From Lytechinus pictus (taxonomy: Eukaryota), in contig NC_087245.1 of NCBI RefSeq assembly GCF_037042905.1, positions 31,994,001-32,058,000 of the forward strand: a stretch of DNA of 64,000 bases, written 5' to 3'. Made by a program: the position numbers and the translations under genes. The notes under the pieces were generated by a model. It saw only the letters and a list, made by a program, of their open reading frames with translations. It did no database searches and was not told the origin of the DNA. Below are positions 50,777 to 62,829 of this stretch, piece after piece (within the stretch, counting starts at the first letter, position 1; each line of letters starts with the position of its first letter).

Positions 50777-50987
50777 AAAAATTCATGTGATATATGAAAA
50801 TGATCCATAACACCACTTCAATGATCAATTTCCTTCAGTGTATTAAAGGAAAATTCATGTGATAATATGAAAATGTTCCTTAAAACCACTTCAATGATCA
50901 ATTTCCTTTAGTGTATTAAAGGAAAATTCATGTGATAATATGAAAATGTTCCATAAAACCATTTCAATTATCAAAATCCTTTAGTAT
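50777..50987 (+). repeat. ~71-bp minisatellite, 3 copies
   Basis: aaaattcatgtgat(a)atatgaaaatg...gtgtattaaagg repeated. Confidence 0.85.
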
Positions 50988-51595
50988 ATTGCTAACTGGT
51001 CTATATCAGCTTTGTCTTTTTTCCAATTCAGTGGTCTCATCTTCCCAGCTTATCTACAACCGACTGGTGATGAACTGAGCAACAATATCCTATGGTTTCT
51101 CCGCAACTGTATCATAAATATCTGGTCTTGAAAAATATCTTTGAGATTAAAATACAAAGAATAGATTAGCCTTTATTTTTTGTGTGTGGTGAGAAGCTAA
51201 CATGTTTTGGTAAGAAAAGTACTGGTTTAGCTACTTGGTAGCATAGTATGAATGCAATGAGTGGTGAATTATGTGTTATCATACAGTTGGTCCTATATTA
51301 CAATATTAATCTGCTGTGAATGTTGCATTGTGGGTAATGAATCTGGCCAGATTTGCGATAGTTGAGGACTGAAGGTGGGGCTATTAAAGGCCGCTGGTTT
51401 GTTTGGCCTGTAACTGACATGTAGCCCATTTACCATTTTTGTCCGATTTACAGGTAGGTTATGCCAATCTTGTCTGATATTCTCTTGGCTATTAAACACC
51501 ACTTAAATATGTTTTATTGTTAATGAACCAAATTTTTATAGTCAATGACAAATATACAAAATTGAAATTAGTGTATCAAGGCATTAGACATTATG

Positions 51596-51908
51596 GGCCC
51601 GTATTCTGGGGTCGGGTTTAACTTAAACTCAGGTTTAAAGTTGTGGTTTAAGTATGGATGGCCAAATGTTACATAAATCACTAACAGTAGAGATATCATA
51701 TGTCAGCTCATTTGGCTCTCAAAACATTCATAATTGTCTATAGGAAGTATACAAAGATGGTTGTCTTCACCATCGATGAATCAGGAAAGAGCACAGTAAA
51801 CATAAGAAACATACAACTTAATACAAATTTTGACACTTTTGGCTTCCCATAATTTTAGCACAGAGTTAGACCATGGTCTAAGTTAAACCTGACTTCAGAA
51901 TACGGGCC
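51596..51908. mobile_element. MITE
   Basis: ggcccgtattctg...ggtttaactta / taagttaaacctgacttcagaatacgggcc. Confidence 0.75.
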
Positions 51909-52259
51909 TATGAGAATTAGACTAAAGCGGATATTAGATCAAATGATTAGTGGGTCAAATGGTAAATGGACCATATTGATAGTAGATCAAGTGGATTGAA
52001 CTAGACCATCTGAGAATATTAAGTGTTAGTGCCATATGCAAGTAAATATATACCTACAAATCTATAATAATCATAATCTTATGATTTTCTTAAATTTACC
52101 AGTATCCTAGCAATAAAATGTGCAGAACTCATTGGAATATTAAATAAAATGAAAGTGCCATGGTCACGTTTTAAAATATTCAAACCCAAACCATTCATCC
52201 ACCATCTAACAGTAGTTTACGAAAAGACACTAAAAGTAGCACATTCATCTCTGTAACAC

Positions 52260-52537
52260 CAGGGCCCCGTCTTACAAAGAGTTACGATTGATCCGATCGA
52301 TCGCAACTATGGACGGCCAGCAACGTCAACATCTATTATTTATGTTTGTTCAAAGTATTTTCTAGCTATGATGTATATATTCATGCATTCATTGTTTTCT
52401 TGAAAATTCACTGTGCTTGTCTTTGCATACAATGGACATTGTAAAAAAAATTTGTAGAAAAAAATAATGACACTGATGGATTTCCATAGAGTTACGATTG
52501 ATCGGATCATCGTAACTCTTTGTAAGACAGGGCCCTG
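52260..52537. mobile_element. MITE, same family as 16142-16412
   Basis: ~40-bp TIRs and a collinear interior. Confidence 0.8.
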
Positions 52538-54489
52538 CTTTGGTAGTCCAGTCTACCATTTGAACAACACACAAATATCAACTCAAAACACATTGCATTA
52601 TGAGGAATATTGATGTATTTTTATTCACAGGAAAAATCTGCATAGGAATATTGTCAAATATGATCACATTGTCAAGCATTCTCATTTTATTTAACATAAA
52701 AGTACAAGCCAATCTCAACCGAAAAAAGCCATTATCACTCCCAAAACCCATATATATTAACTCTAAACCTACCATCTTAGTAAGAAAATGTTATATATAG
52801 CATTTTCATATTTACAGATCACCATTATATAACAGGTAATTGTACATTACTTTTTTCATATTTTTGTTAACATACAAAAGGAACACAATGAGCCCTGTAG
52901 AAGCTAATTTCAATATATTTTGGCAATATGTTTTTTTTTCTGCTAGTTAATATATTTTTTTATAAAAAGAGGCTATTTACAAGGCAAAATCTTACATGGT
53001 TTAAAGCTCTTTAGACAGATTCCCCACAGTATATAGAGTAGTCTTACTATCAGCCTCCTTATATAATATGAATCATTAAATTTTAACCAATATCAATCTA
53101 TTTCTATAGTAAAGTAATGGAAAATACATGAATTGTTCTTTTTTTACATAACATTAATTCAACAAACATGAAAGAAAATAATTTCACAAAGTCCAACAAA
53201 ATACAATATTATGCTTCATTTCAGTCTTGTTCTAAATTACTGAATATAATGCCATGCCAGAGTTCCCATTTCATAAAGACTTGATATTGTATAGAGATAC
53301 AACAGTTATGATAGGATATGCCCAATTTCTATAAGAAATTTACCATCAGCCGATCAGAGAGAAGGATTTCAGTAGCTTTAAACTGTTATTATTATAACAG
53401 GTTTTATGAAACAGGGTCCCATTTCATGAAGACTTGTTATAGTAACAAATTAATAAATTTTATAGCTAGTTCAATATCAGCCAATGAAAGTAAATGATTT
53501 TTATTAAAGTGTTATTTCAAATTTTTATTATAACAAGTTTTACGAAATGGGCCCCAGTGCCCTGAAAAGTAAAGACATCAACTTTCATTGCAGGAATGCT
53601 CTTCAAAATGATAGTTTTGTTATGTTGTAACAAATTTGTAATAACATATGGTCTTTGTCAGGGAAAAAGACAGTACTCTAGAGATTGGGCTAAGAAACAG
53701 GATAAATAACTCCATGGGGGGGGGGGGGCTCAATGATAGGTGTCACCATCTTCCCCTCCCTTGTTTTCTTAAAGAAATTATTGGTGCTTATTAATGTCTG
53801 ATAACGTCTTCGCTTCCAGGGGCAAACTGACTATTGTGTACCTAAACCCCTGAACCAACAATTAATACCCAAAATGAATGTTGAGGTCTTTTATTGAACT
53901 TAATAAGAACTTTAGGGTGCATTTTGCAGAGATTCATTTTTATAAACCTTTATGGGACCTTGCTGATCAGATTTTCAAAAGTAAAATCAATATTAACAAA
54001 TGGCCTTAAAATATAGTGTTTGGATGAAATGCCATCAAATATAAGCTATTTTACATATCATTAAAACATTAACAATTTCCCTTACTCTATAGTACTTATT
54101 GCAGAGAAAGGCCTTAACTGGATAGCCTAAAGTTAGTATATATTACTTCATGGATAATAAAATGCACATGGTTTATATCAATAATTGAAGATGGCAATTT
54201 AAAAACAAAATTATATAAATCAAAAAGCAGCAAAATCATCAAAGCTTAAAATGGGTTAAACTTTAAACAGACAATATACATTTAACAACAAAGAGTTAGA
54301 AAATAAGTAAAAGTATTGAATGATATAACTGAGATGCATGTATATTTCTAACAAAATATGCTACAATGTAAGATAGAGAATGCTTTATTTTGTTGAAATG
54401 CTGACGTTTGTTATCAATAATGCTTAAAATGTAATTATTGAGTATTTAATGGAATGCCAGAGAGAGGCATCAAATCATACATAAATTAA

Positions 54490-54561
54490 CCAGTTGACTA
54501 CTGAATTTTCAAATGGCCATAGGCTTTATACAGGGATCAACTGGTTCCAGTAGGCAACGGG
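54490..54561. mobile_element. 72-bp piggyBac-like mini-MITE
   Basis: TTAA|ccagttgactactg ... cagtaggcaacggg|TTAA. Confidence 0.6.
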
Positions 54562-55502
54562 TTAATGGAAAAATGCATGTTTATCAATATTAAATCTGCC
54601 CATAGTGTATTTTGGTCTTCCATAAGGGATAAAAGAAATAGCTATTCAGTATCATGCCAATACATGATTACATACTACAAAGTTCACAACCATGCAGCAA
54701 GATCTTACAATGGGGTAAACTGTAAAGCTGGTCAAATAACATTTGGGTCAACCTCATCAAACCCATACAAATTGTGCATTTGCTTAAATCATAAAGATCT
54801 AACATATCTTCCAAATTATTGTCCTATCATCAAAGATTTTTTTATTGATAAAAAAAAAGAAGAGTTTGTCACGCTGTTTTGCGTCTTGTACGTAATTTTC
54901 TTTTCTGGATCTGATTTTTGGACAAAATGTTTTGTGTGATAATGTATACTTGCTCTCCTCAACAACAACAACAACAAAAAATAGTACTTAAATTTCTGGG
55001 TGTAAATAAGATGAATGGAACAATATGTATGATATGATAGTGCTACTTTTTCAGAATGAGCAAAAATGTAAATTATTTTATTTTATCCTAGGTTGACATC
55101 AATGTTTTTCCAAATGTAGCCCCAAGCTATCTTTTTTGACGAAAATCATTTCTGAATGTAATTCATAATAATAGCATGCCAGTCAAAAGTAGCAGCAGAA
55201 AAAGCTCTTTCATAATCATGATCTGGAAATGGTACGTTTGCAAGGATTGTCAAATAAAGATTTTTGGTAAGTGTATGTTTTGGGGTTACTGTAAGTGTAA
55301 GTGTTTGGTGAGAGTATCTAAAAAAATATCCTTAAAATACAACCATTAAGTAAAGCAGTAAAAAGGTTCTTTTAAAAACATAGGATACCTACTTGGCTTG
55401 CTAATACTTATGCCACACATCAAAATTTACAGCAAAATGACAAGCCATGAATGCTATTGGTGTGGAAATTAAGCCAAAATACATTTAAAAACATAATTTT
55501 GT

Positions 55503-56100
55503 TTTGTTAACAAATTTTCGGCATTACTCCTATTTGTTTCAGATCAGTATGCTCGATCTGTAAATGAAAATCATAAGATCAGTATGCTCGATCTGTAATG
55601 AAAATCATAAGATCATAAGTCAGAAAAAATTGGAACCAGTGGGATTCGAACCTGCCATCTACTGCTTTCCGGGCAGCGACTCAACCACCAGGCTATTCTG
55701 GTTCACGGCTAAGCCACGATGAACTGGAATTCAAATACCCTCGATCCTCTTCTTTCTGACTCATTAATATTCAAATACCGTCCGCCGTGGACAATAGATA
55801 GTAAATTAAGAGGCTTTTTATAGGAGGAAATTATAATTTGTTAACAAATTTTCGGCATTACTCCTATTTGTTTCAGAATAGTCGCTGCCCGGAAAGCAGT
55901 AGATGGCAGGTTCGAATCCCACTGGTTCCAAATTTTTTCTGACTTATGATCTTATGATTTTCATTACAGATCGAGCATACTGATCTTATGATTTTCATTT
56001 ACAGATCGAGCATACTGATCTGAAACAAATAGGAGTAATGCCGAAAATTTGTTAACAAATTATAATTTCCTCCTATAAAAAAAGCCTCTTAATTTACTAT
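55503..56100. mobile_element. tRNA-containing non-autonomous retroelement with partial tandem and inverted copies
   Basis: 55503-55681 is near-perfectly inverted at 55880-56059. 55798-55877 is inverted at 56020-56100. ATAATTTTGTTT lies on both flanks. Confidence 0.75.
55631..55704 (-). pseudogene. tRNA-derived sequence (pseudo-tRNA / SINE head; GGA at the anticodon position)
   Basis: Acceptor stem GAACCAG/CTGGTTC, A-box-like TAGCCTGGTGG, stem GCTGC-CCGGAAA-GCAGT, B box GGTTCGAATCC, then a T run. The T-stem and D-stem are mismatched and position 33 is C, so it is not a canonical tRNA. Confidence 0.7.
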
Positions 56101-56796
56101 AATTTTGTTTGTTTAAAAAGCAGACTGGTATGAAGAAATGAAATCACAGTATCAGATCCTTTATCTATTTCATTGGGTTCATTTCATTTAATTATCATCT
56201 ACATGTAAATTAAAATCCATTTGATTTTTTCACATTATTGCAATACTTTTTCGGGGAGGAAAAAAGGGGGCATGTTTTGGTAGTTATCAAAAAAAAAATC
56301 TTTGAGTCAGGTTTCATCCAAAGATGTTCTCAATAACTAAAATTGAGTTGATAAATGGAGTTTAAGACTTGCATTGTGAGTACCAGTCAGATTGGACACA
56401 TAATATAGCACCTTTAGTTTCCTAATACCAGGAGGACAACAGACAAATATCACAAGAAACATAAGGACTTTGTGAAAATTAAAATTATGGATTATTCCCA
56501 ACAGGACACAAGACAAAATATATCTTTCCCTTAGTTTCTACACATAATTAACATACATTATCTTTCTTTAAAATCAAAACAAGATAGATGCCTGCTTGAC
56601 ACGATGTATTGAAAAGGAAATCAATGTTGGAAAAGAAATTAAAATCCATAAGAAAGCATTAAAGCTCTGTAATCATGAAATACTATTGATAGGGAATAGT
56701 AAGATAAAGACGATATAAGTACTGCGCACAATATGTGCCATAAATGTTTTGTTTAAAAACACTCCACATTATGTAAGCATCAAATACACACACTTT

Positions 56797-57523
56797 TTAG
56801 ATTCTTGTTTCACTGTCTAAGGCAGAAGAGCTGCCTGTACTGGACAGCCTACTGCTAGCGTACGACACCGTGTCTGGTGAGCGGGGAGGGTTGGTGGATA
56901 ATGGAATGTCTTGATCGCTGGTAGAAGGATTGCACACGTCACTCTCCATATCCTTCTCGCTGGAGTGAGGGCTCCCTTCCGCACGCAGCGTCGAGTCGCT
57001 CATGCGGTCGTGGGAGTGGATAGAGGAGTCATCGCCGCTCTGGTGGACGTCGCTCTGCGAGTGCGACGGCTTTAAGAGTCCCTTGATGACCTTCTCTTCG
57101 GCGAGGCTCGGGTGCGAGGATGAGATGGGAAGTTTCTGAATGGTTGCAGCGGTGGCGGTCGGGTCGGCGGGGGACGTCGCCGATGACGTGTCGGAGGATT
57201 CGACCCGTTGTGGAATAGCTTCGTTCTGTCTCCGATGGTACGAACCCCAGCCTCTCCTCCTCATAAACCCTCTGGGAGCTGGATCCGATTCTTGGGAATG
57301 TTCTCCTTCTTCCTCCTTGCCCCCATCAGCAGCTGACTTGGCGTGTCTCTCTTCACGGTACATCTCAATCAACATATCTAATTTTCTATCAATGAGAGTC
57401 ACTCTTCTCTCTACTTTCACTACACGCGACAGTAAACTGATATTGGGGTCAAACAATTCCAGATCGCCTGCTCCACGACCTTTCCTTCTCTCCATCCCTG
57501 ACTTGCCCAAGATTTGGTCTAAC
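56797..57523 (-). CDS. KCNQ: KCNQ last coding exon (helix D + Ser-rich tail)
   Basis: ttttag acceptor, 727 nt to TAA. Confidence 0.93.
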
Positions 57524-58518
57524 CTAAAATTGAATAAACAAAAGCAAAAAAATAAAAAGATGCCACACACTCTTTAACATGAACAAATAAACATTGAATG
57601 CCATATGTATGTTATCATTCACCTCAATAGGCATATGTAATTTAAAGGTAAATCCACCCCCAGAAAAGTGTTGATTTGAATCAATAGAGATCTAACAAGC
57701 ATAATGCTGAAAATTTCATCAAAATAGGATGTGAAATAAGAAAGCTATGATATTTTAAAGTTTTGCTTATTTTCCACAAAACAGTTATATGCACAATTTA
57801 GGGACATGCAAATGAGAGGGTTGATGATGCCCCTCACTCACTATTTCTTTTGTTTCTAATTGTTTGAATTATACAATATTTCAATTTTTACAGATATGAC
57901 ACCACAGACCGACTTGACTGTACCACAAAGCATTAAACAATGGTAATTCCACATGTTCAGGGAGGAATAAAACTTTGTTTCACATGAAAAGAAGAGAAAA
58001 TTAGAATATTTCATATTTCAGATAATGAAATACAAAAGAAAAAGTGAGTGAGTGACATCATCAGTCCCCTAGCTCACTTGCATACAGACCAGGATGTCCA
58101 TACAACTGTTTTGTGAAAATTAAGCGAAATTTTAAAATGTCATAAATTTCTTATTTTACATCCGATTTTGATGATTTTTTCAGTGTTATGCTCGTTAGAT
58201 TTTTATCTTTTTATTCAAATCAACTTTTTATTAGGGTGGACTTGTCCTTAAAAAAAAAAGCAGTTTTATTTTTCCTCCCCCCCCCCCTAGTTGAACATCC
58301 TAAATCTGCCAATTACCTCATCTGTAAGTTCTTAATCCTGGCCAGCATGTCTGCATGACCAGAGGAATATTGCTCAATGACATCTTTGACATCATACGGC
58401 CGGAATGCTTCCTTGAATTTCCGTCTCGCCACAAAGTATTTTATCTTGCGCACGGCTCTGATGGCGTTCTTGTGTGCCTCGGTGAGCTTCGTGACACGGA
58501 CCGGCGGTTCTTCGTCAT
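56797..58518 (-). CDS. KCNQ: KCNQ (Kv7) voltage-gated K+ channel, 3' part; complement(join(56797..57523,58317..58518))
   Basis: [60 protein letters not shown] (helices B/C) and [27 protein letters not shown] (helix D). [12 protein letters not shown] is closer to KCNQ2-5 and invertebrate KCNQ than to KCNQ1. The transmembrane exons lie beyond the window. Confidence 0.95.
57646..58248 (+). mobile_element. TTAA-flanked non-autonomous DNA transposon (Kolobok-like) filling most of the last KCNQ intron
   Basis: ttaa|aggtaaatccacccc ... gggtggacttgtcct imperfect TIRs; same family as 1-344. Confidence 0.75.
58317..58518 (-). CDS. KCNQ: KCNQ exon encoding helices B/C
   Basis: cttcctttccag acceptor, AG|gtaatt donor, 202 nt, phase 1-2. 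Confidence 0.95.
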
Positions 58519-59319
58519 CTGGAAAGGAAGAAACGAGACCTTGACATTGTCACGACATGGTTAATGAGAGGTTCGTCAACCCATTGCCTACTGGAACCTA
58601 GTAGTCTGTCGCTGCGCAAATTCTTTAATTAAAAAGTGGTCTGAATGTGCAGCATACAATGACTTATGTAGCAAGTTATATATGTGCTAGTCTTGTGTAA
58701 AGATCCATTTCATGATGAAAGTTTCAATCAGGGTCTGTGCTTGCAGACTAACTGGAAGGGGGGGGGTGTACCTGAACTAAGTCCATGAGAACTACAGAAT
58801 TTAGAAGTCAACTGAAAGAAAGTGCATAACTTCATCGTCAACTAGTGTACAAGAGATTGAAAACATTTTACTGCAGATATGCTTTGATGATAACAATTAT
58901 AATTCACATTACTGACCCTTCACCATAGCTTTGATACACATCTCTGAAGAAAATGGAATCTATTATTGATAATGAAAAAAAGGTAGTCATGGTTCCATTG
59001 CATAATTGGCATTCTTATTGCATAAAAACTACAGGGCCTACTATGCATATGACTATTTCAATCAACATTGCAAAACTGCTAATGGCATGACTTTTATAAA
59101 AGTTGACATTTTGGTGGAGTTCCCTTTTAAAGAGTGCTTCTCAACCTCATATATCCTAAGGTCCACTCTGACTTTTATAAATATTTTGAGACCCATCCTC
59201 TTATTTCCTTTTTGAGGCCCCAATTTAACTTTAAACCCCCCCCCAAAAAAAAAATCAATGTTATCTCAAATGTGCCATTGTGATGACTTATCTCATGAAT
59301 GAGCGAGCATTCATTGTGA

Positions 59320-60163
59320 AACAAGTGGAACGCCTCTGGCAGTCTCGCCTGCATTACGCGATTTAATATAGCAGCAGTGCTAACTTTGAAAACTACTATA
59401 AAATAATAATTCACAAAAACACCATTCATATAATGACATCATACCACGTTCACTGACCATACATGACATTTGAACGGTGAACTACACCCATGTCCACATT
59501 TCATTCACTCTATCCATAAACTTTCAAAGTTATGATGGCAATTCAACAATTACCCCAACATGGCCTAAGTTTATTGACCTTAACTGACCTTTGACCTCGG
59601 TTTTGTGACCTGTAACTCGTACAGGATGTTCAGTGATACTCGATTACTCTTATGTCCAAGTTTTATGAACGAGATCCATAAACCTTCAGAGTTAGGATGG
59701 TAATTTAACAAAGACCCCCAACATGGCCAAAGTTCATTGACCTTAAATGACCATTGACCATGGTCATGTGACCTGAAACTCGCACAGGATATTCAGTGGT
59801 ACTTGATTAATCTAATGTCCAAGTTTCCTGAACTAGATCCATAAATTTTCTAAGTTATGATGTCATTTCAAAAACTTAGCCTTCGGTTAAGATTTTGAAA
59901 ATAATTCTCCCAACATGGTCTAAGTTCATTGACCCTAAATGACCTTTGACTTCAGTCATGTGACCTGAAACTCAGGCAGGATGTTAAGTAATGCTTGATT
60001 AACCTTATGTCCGAGTTTCATGAACTAGGTCCATATACTTTCTAAGTTATGATGTCATTTCAAAAACTTAACCTTAGGTTAAGATTTGATGTTGACGCCG
60101 CCGCCGTCGCCGTTGGAAAAGCGGCGCCTATAGTCTCGCTCTGCTATGCAGGCGAGACAAAAA
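59320..60163 (-). mobile_element. Second full-length copy of the HINE-like element
   Basis: Reverse complement of both ends and the internal repeats of 30914-31878. Confidence 0.85.
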
Positions 60164-62424
60164 CAGGAAAATTCTAAAATTGTCATTTTTTTTGTTTTAT
60201 AAGAAGCAGCAATAATTCCATGACATTTTGGTATAGAAGGGACTCTTTTCTACAATTTTACAAAAACAATTTGACATGGATAAATTGGGTAAATCATGAA
60301 TCTCATGACAAATAGAGAATTCAAAAAGGAAAAAAAAATGTTCTTGTATTTTGAACAAATTTGGGGGTTATAACCCCCATTTACGTATTTCTTCTCCGGG
60401 TCTGTATTCCTGAAACCAGAACATGTCTCCATGTAGTTATCACCTAATTACCTGGACAACAGAAGTGGAAGGCAGGGTAAGATTTTTTTTGCTTTTTGCA
60501 TGTTAGAACTGATATAATTATAATCTTGTAGAAATAAGTACCTTGCCTTAAAATTTAATTATTTGCAAACATTTTTTTACCTATATATAACATTCTACCC
60601 CAACACTGAAAGTCAATGTCACCTTTAAAAAAAAAGATGTCAAATGGCTCAACTTGCCCCACCTATGGGGTAAGTTGAGCAACCTTCTGGGGTAAATTGA
60701 GCAAAAAAAAAAGGTATGGGACAAGAACCAGCATGAGAATTTTCTCTTGCTAATTCTCAATAAATACTAACATCCTCTAAAAGCAAAACAACTGTCTTGT
60801 GAATTTGGTCTTTTCTGCCTGCATATCAATGGCTTTTTGAGGTACATTACCATATGAATTACCATTGCTCAACTTACCCCATGTTGTCTGGCTCAACAAA
60901 TATGTACCCCAGTCCAAACTTAGTGTCATATTTTCACATCCACACTTCTTATGCATCCATCATGTAAAAGACTATGACAAGAATGAGGATCCATACCTGG
61001 ACTAACAATATTGTTCTTATGCCCTTATTATATTCAAAGATGTGTGTGGGTAAAAATCGCTTATCTAGTGCACACCCTTTTGTACTTTTTTGACTGAAAA
61101 ATTATTTTTGTTTCAACAATGAAAACAATCTGGTGGGGTAAGGGGTTATGCAATGGACACCACCACAATGTCTGACTCATGTATTATCGGTCTGGGGGTG
61201 GCGGCTCAACTTCCCCTACAAGATTGGTTGATTACAAGACTTCTTGTTTTCAAAATATTTACCCATTTTTTCAGTCCTGGCCCACAAGCAGCCAGTTGAT
61301 AGGGCATTAAATCTCTTCCCATGATTGAAGTAGAATACGTAAGATCGAGACTGAAAACAAATATTTCTTGCCACTTGTACGTAAAACTCTGGCAAGCCTT
61401 AAGATGATTCATTTGAAAACTATGCATATTTTTCTTTTGACCAGAGAGAAAAAGATATGACTCTATAACAATTTTGAAATAAGATTTTTTTTTCTCAACC
61501 AAAGAATGACATACTAGTAGTACAATTTAAGAAATGAATCACAATTATTGATTTCAAGCTGACTAAACATTGTAGATATTTATTTCAATCTGTTTCACAC
61601 TTACCAACATGGAGGTTCATTTTAAAACTAAAGAAGGGAAATGAAGATAAACATCAAAGATGGTGATATAATTTTGAAAAAAAAAATGTTTTAAAAGTAA
61701 AAGTGGATGGATGAGAATAAATATGCCTCTTTCTGCACTGCAAATGTTAATTATCAAAGAGCACGCCAAAATTAGATGAAAGAGCCAGTTTTTAGAAAAA
61801 TAAGCTTAGGTCTATGCCAAGTTTTAGCATGCATTAGAAGAAAACAGGCAAATCAGAATTTGTTGAATTATTTTGTGGCGCTCGAATCTTTAACAAATAT
61901 ATATTTAATATAGGCTGCAGAAAGAAATAAGTGCATGTAAAAAAAAAATATGAAGGCTGTTGAGCCCAAAAGTTGTGAAATGAATTTGAACTCCTGTGCC
62001 CAATTATTGAGAGAAAAAAAATGAGGGATGGAAGAGTACAAAATGCTAATACCAAACAGATAATCTTCTCAAATTTCATCACACTTTCACCATAAATACC
62101 TATATAAAAAAATAAAGATACACAATTTTTACCGAGATCTATTTTATTTTTCATGATATCAGCTTCCGATCGCTCACCTATTCCCATGTGAAATATTTTA
62201 GTCACTTGAAAATTGTATTGTATCCCGGTATTGTTTTCCAAACATGTATTTTCTGTGGGGAAAGTTGGAAATTTTGACAAAGTCACTGATCGACTAGTTT
62301 TACTATACTTTGCTATTTTGAGGAAATAAAAACTTTACCCTTTTTATCATCTTTCTTTATAAATTCCTTTCTGAAGGATGATGTACATTTCTAAGTCTAT
62401 CCGACGATTTTTTGATGCATAAAT

Positions 62425-62829
62425 CAGGGTTCCCAGCTTTTCAAGAAAAACAAAATTCCCTGATTATTCCCTGATGAAGTTAAAAAATTCCCTGATAATT
62501 CTTTAAACCCATTCCGAGTTTTGCATGTTTTCTAAGTTGTTTCAGTGAATAACATGTATTTTCAGTATAAAAACAATAATGTAAAACTAATACTACCATA
62601 ACCAGCCATTCAATGGATGTTGTTTTGATATGCAACAAACTATAACAGATTCAGACTGAATACCATGCTTTCGACTTTTGGGCTGATCAAAATTCCCTGA
62701 TTTTTCCTTCATTTCAGGCATTTTCCCCTGATTTGAGGTATTTTTTTGTATCAAATTCCCTGATTTTTCCCTGACTGGAAAAAAGGTAAAATAATTTTCC
62801 CTGATTTTCCTGATGGGCTGGGAACGCTG
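62425..62829. mobile_element. MITE with multiple TTCCCTGA subterminal repeats
   Basis: cagggttcccagc / gctgggaacgctg; ATAAAT on both flanks. Confidence 0.7.

Noticed and set aside
55631..55704. Functional tRNA-Ser(GGA) gene
   Set aside because: The T-stem and D-stem are broken, position 33 is C, there is no long variable arm, and it is embedded in a rearranged repeat.
57140..57577. 145-aa plus-strand ORF
   Set aside because: Antisense shadow of the GC-rich KCNQ last exon.
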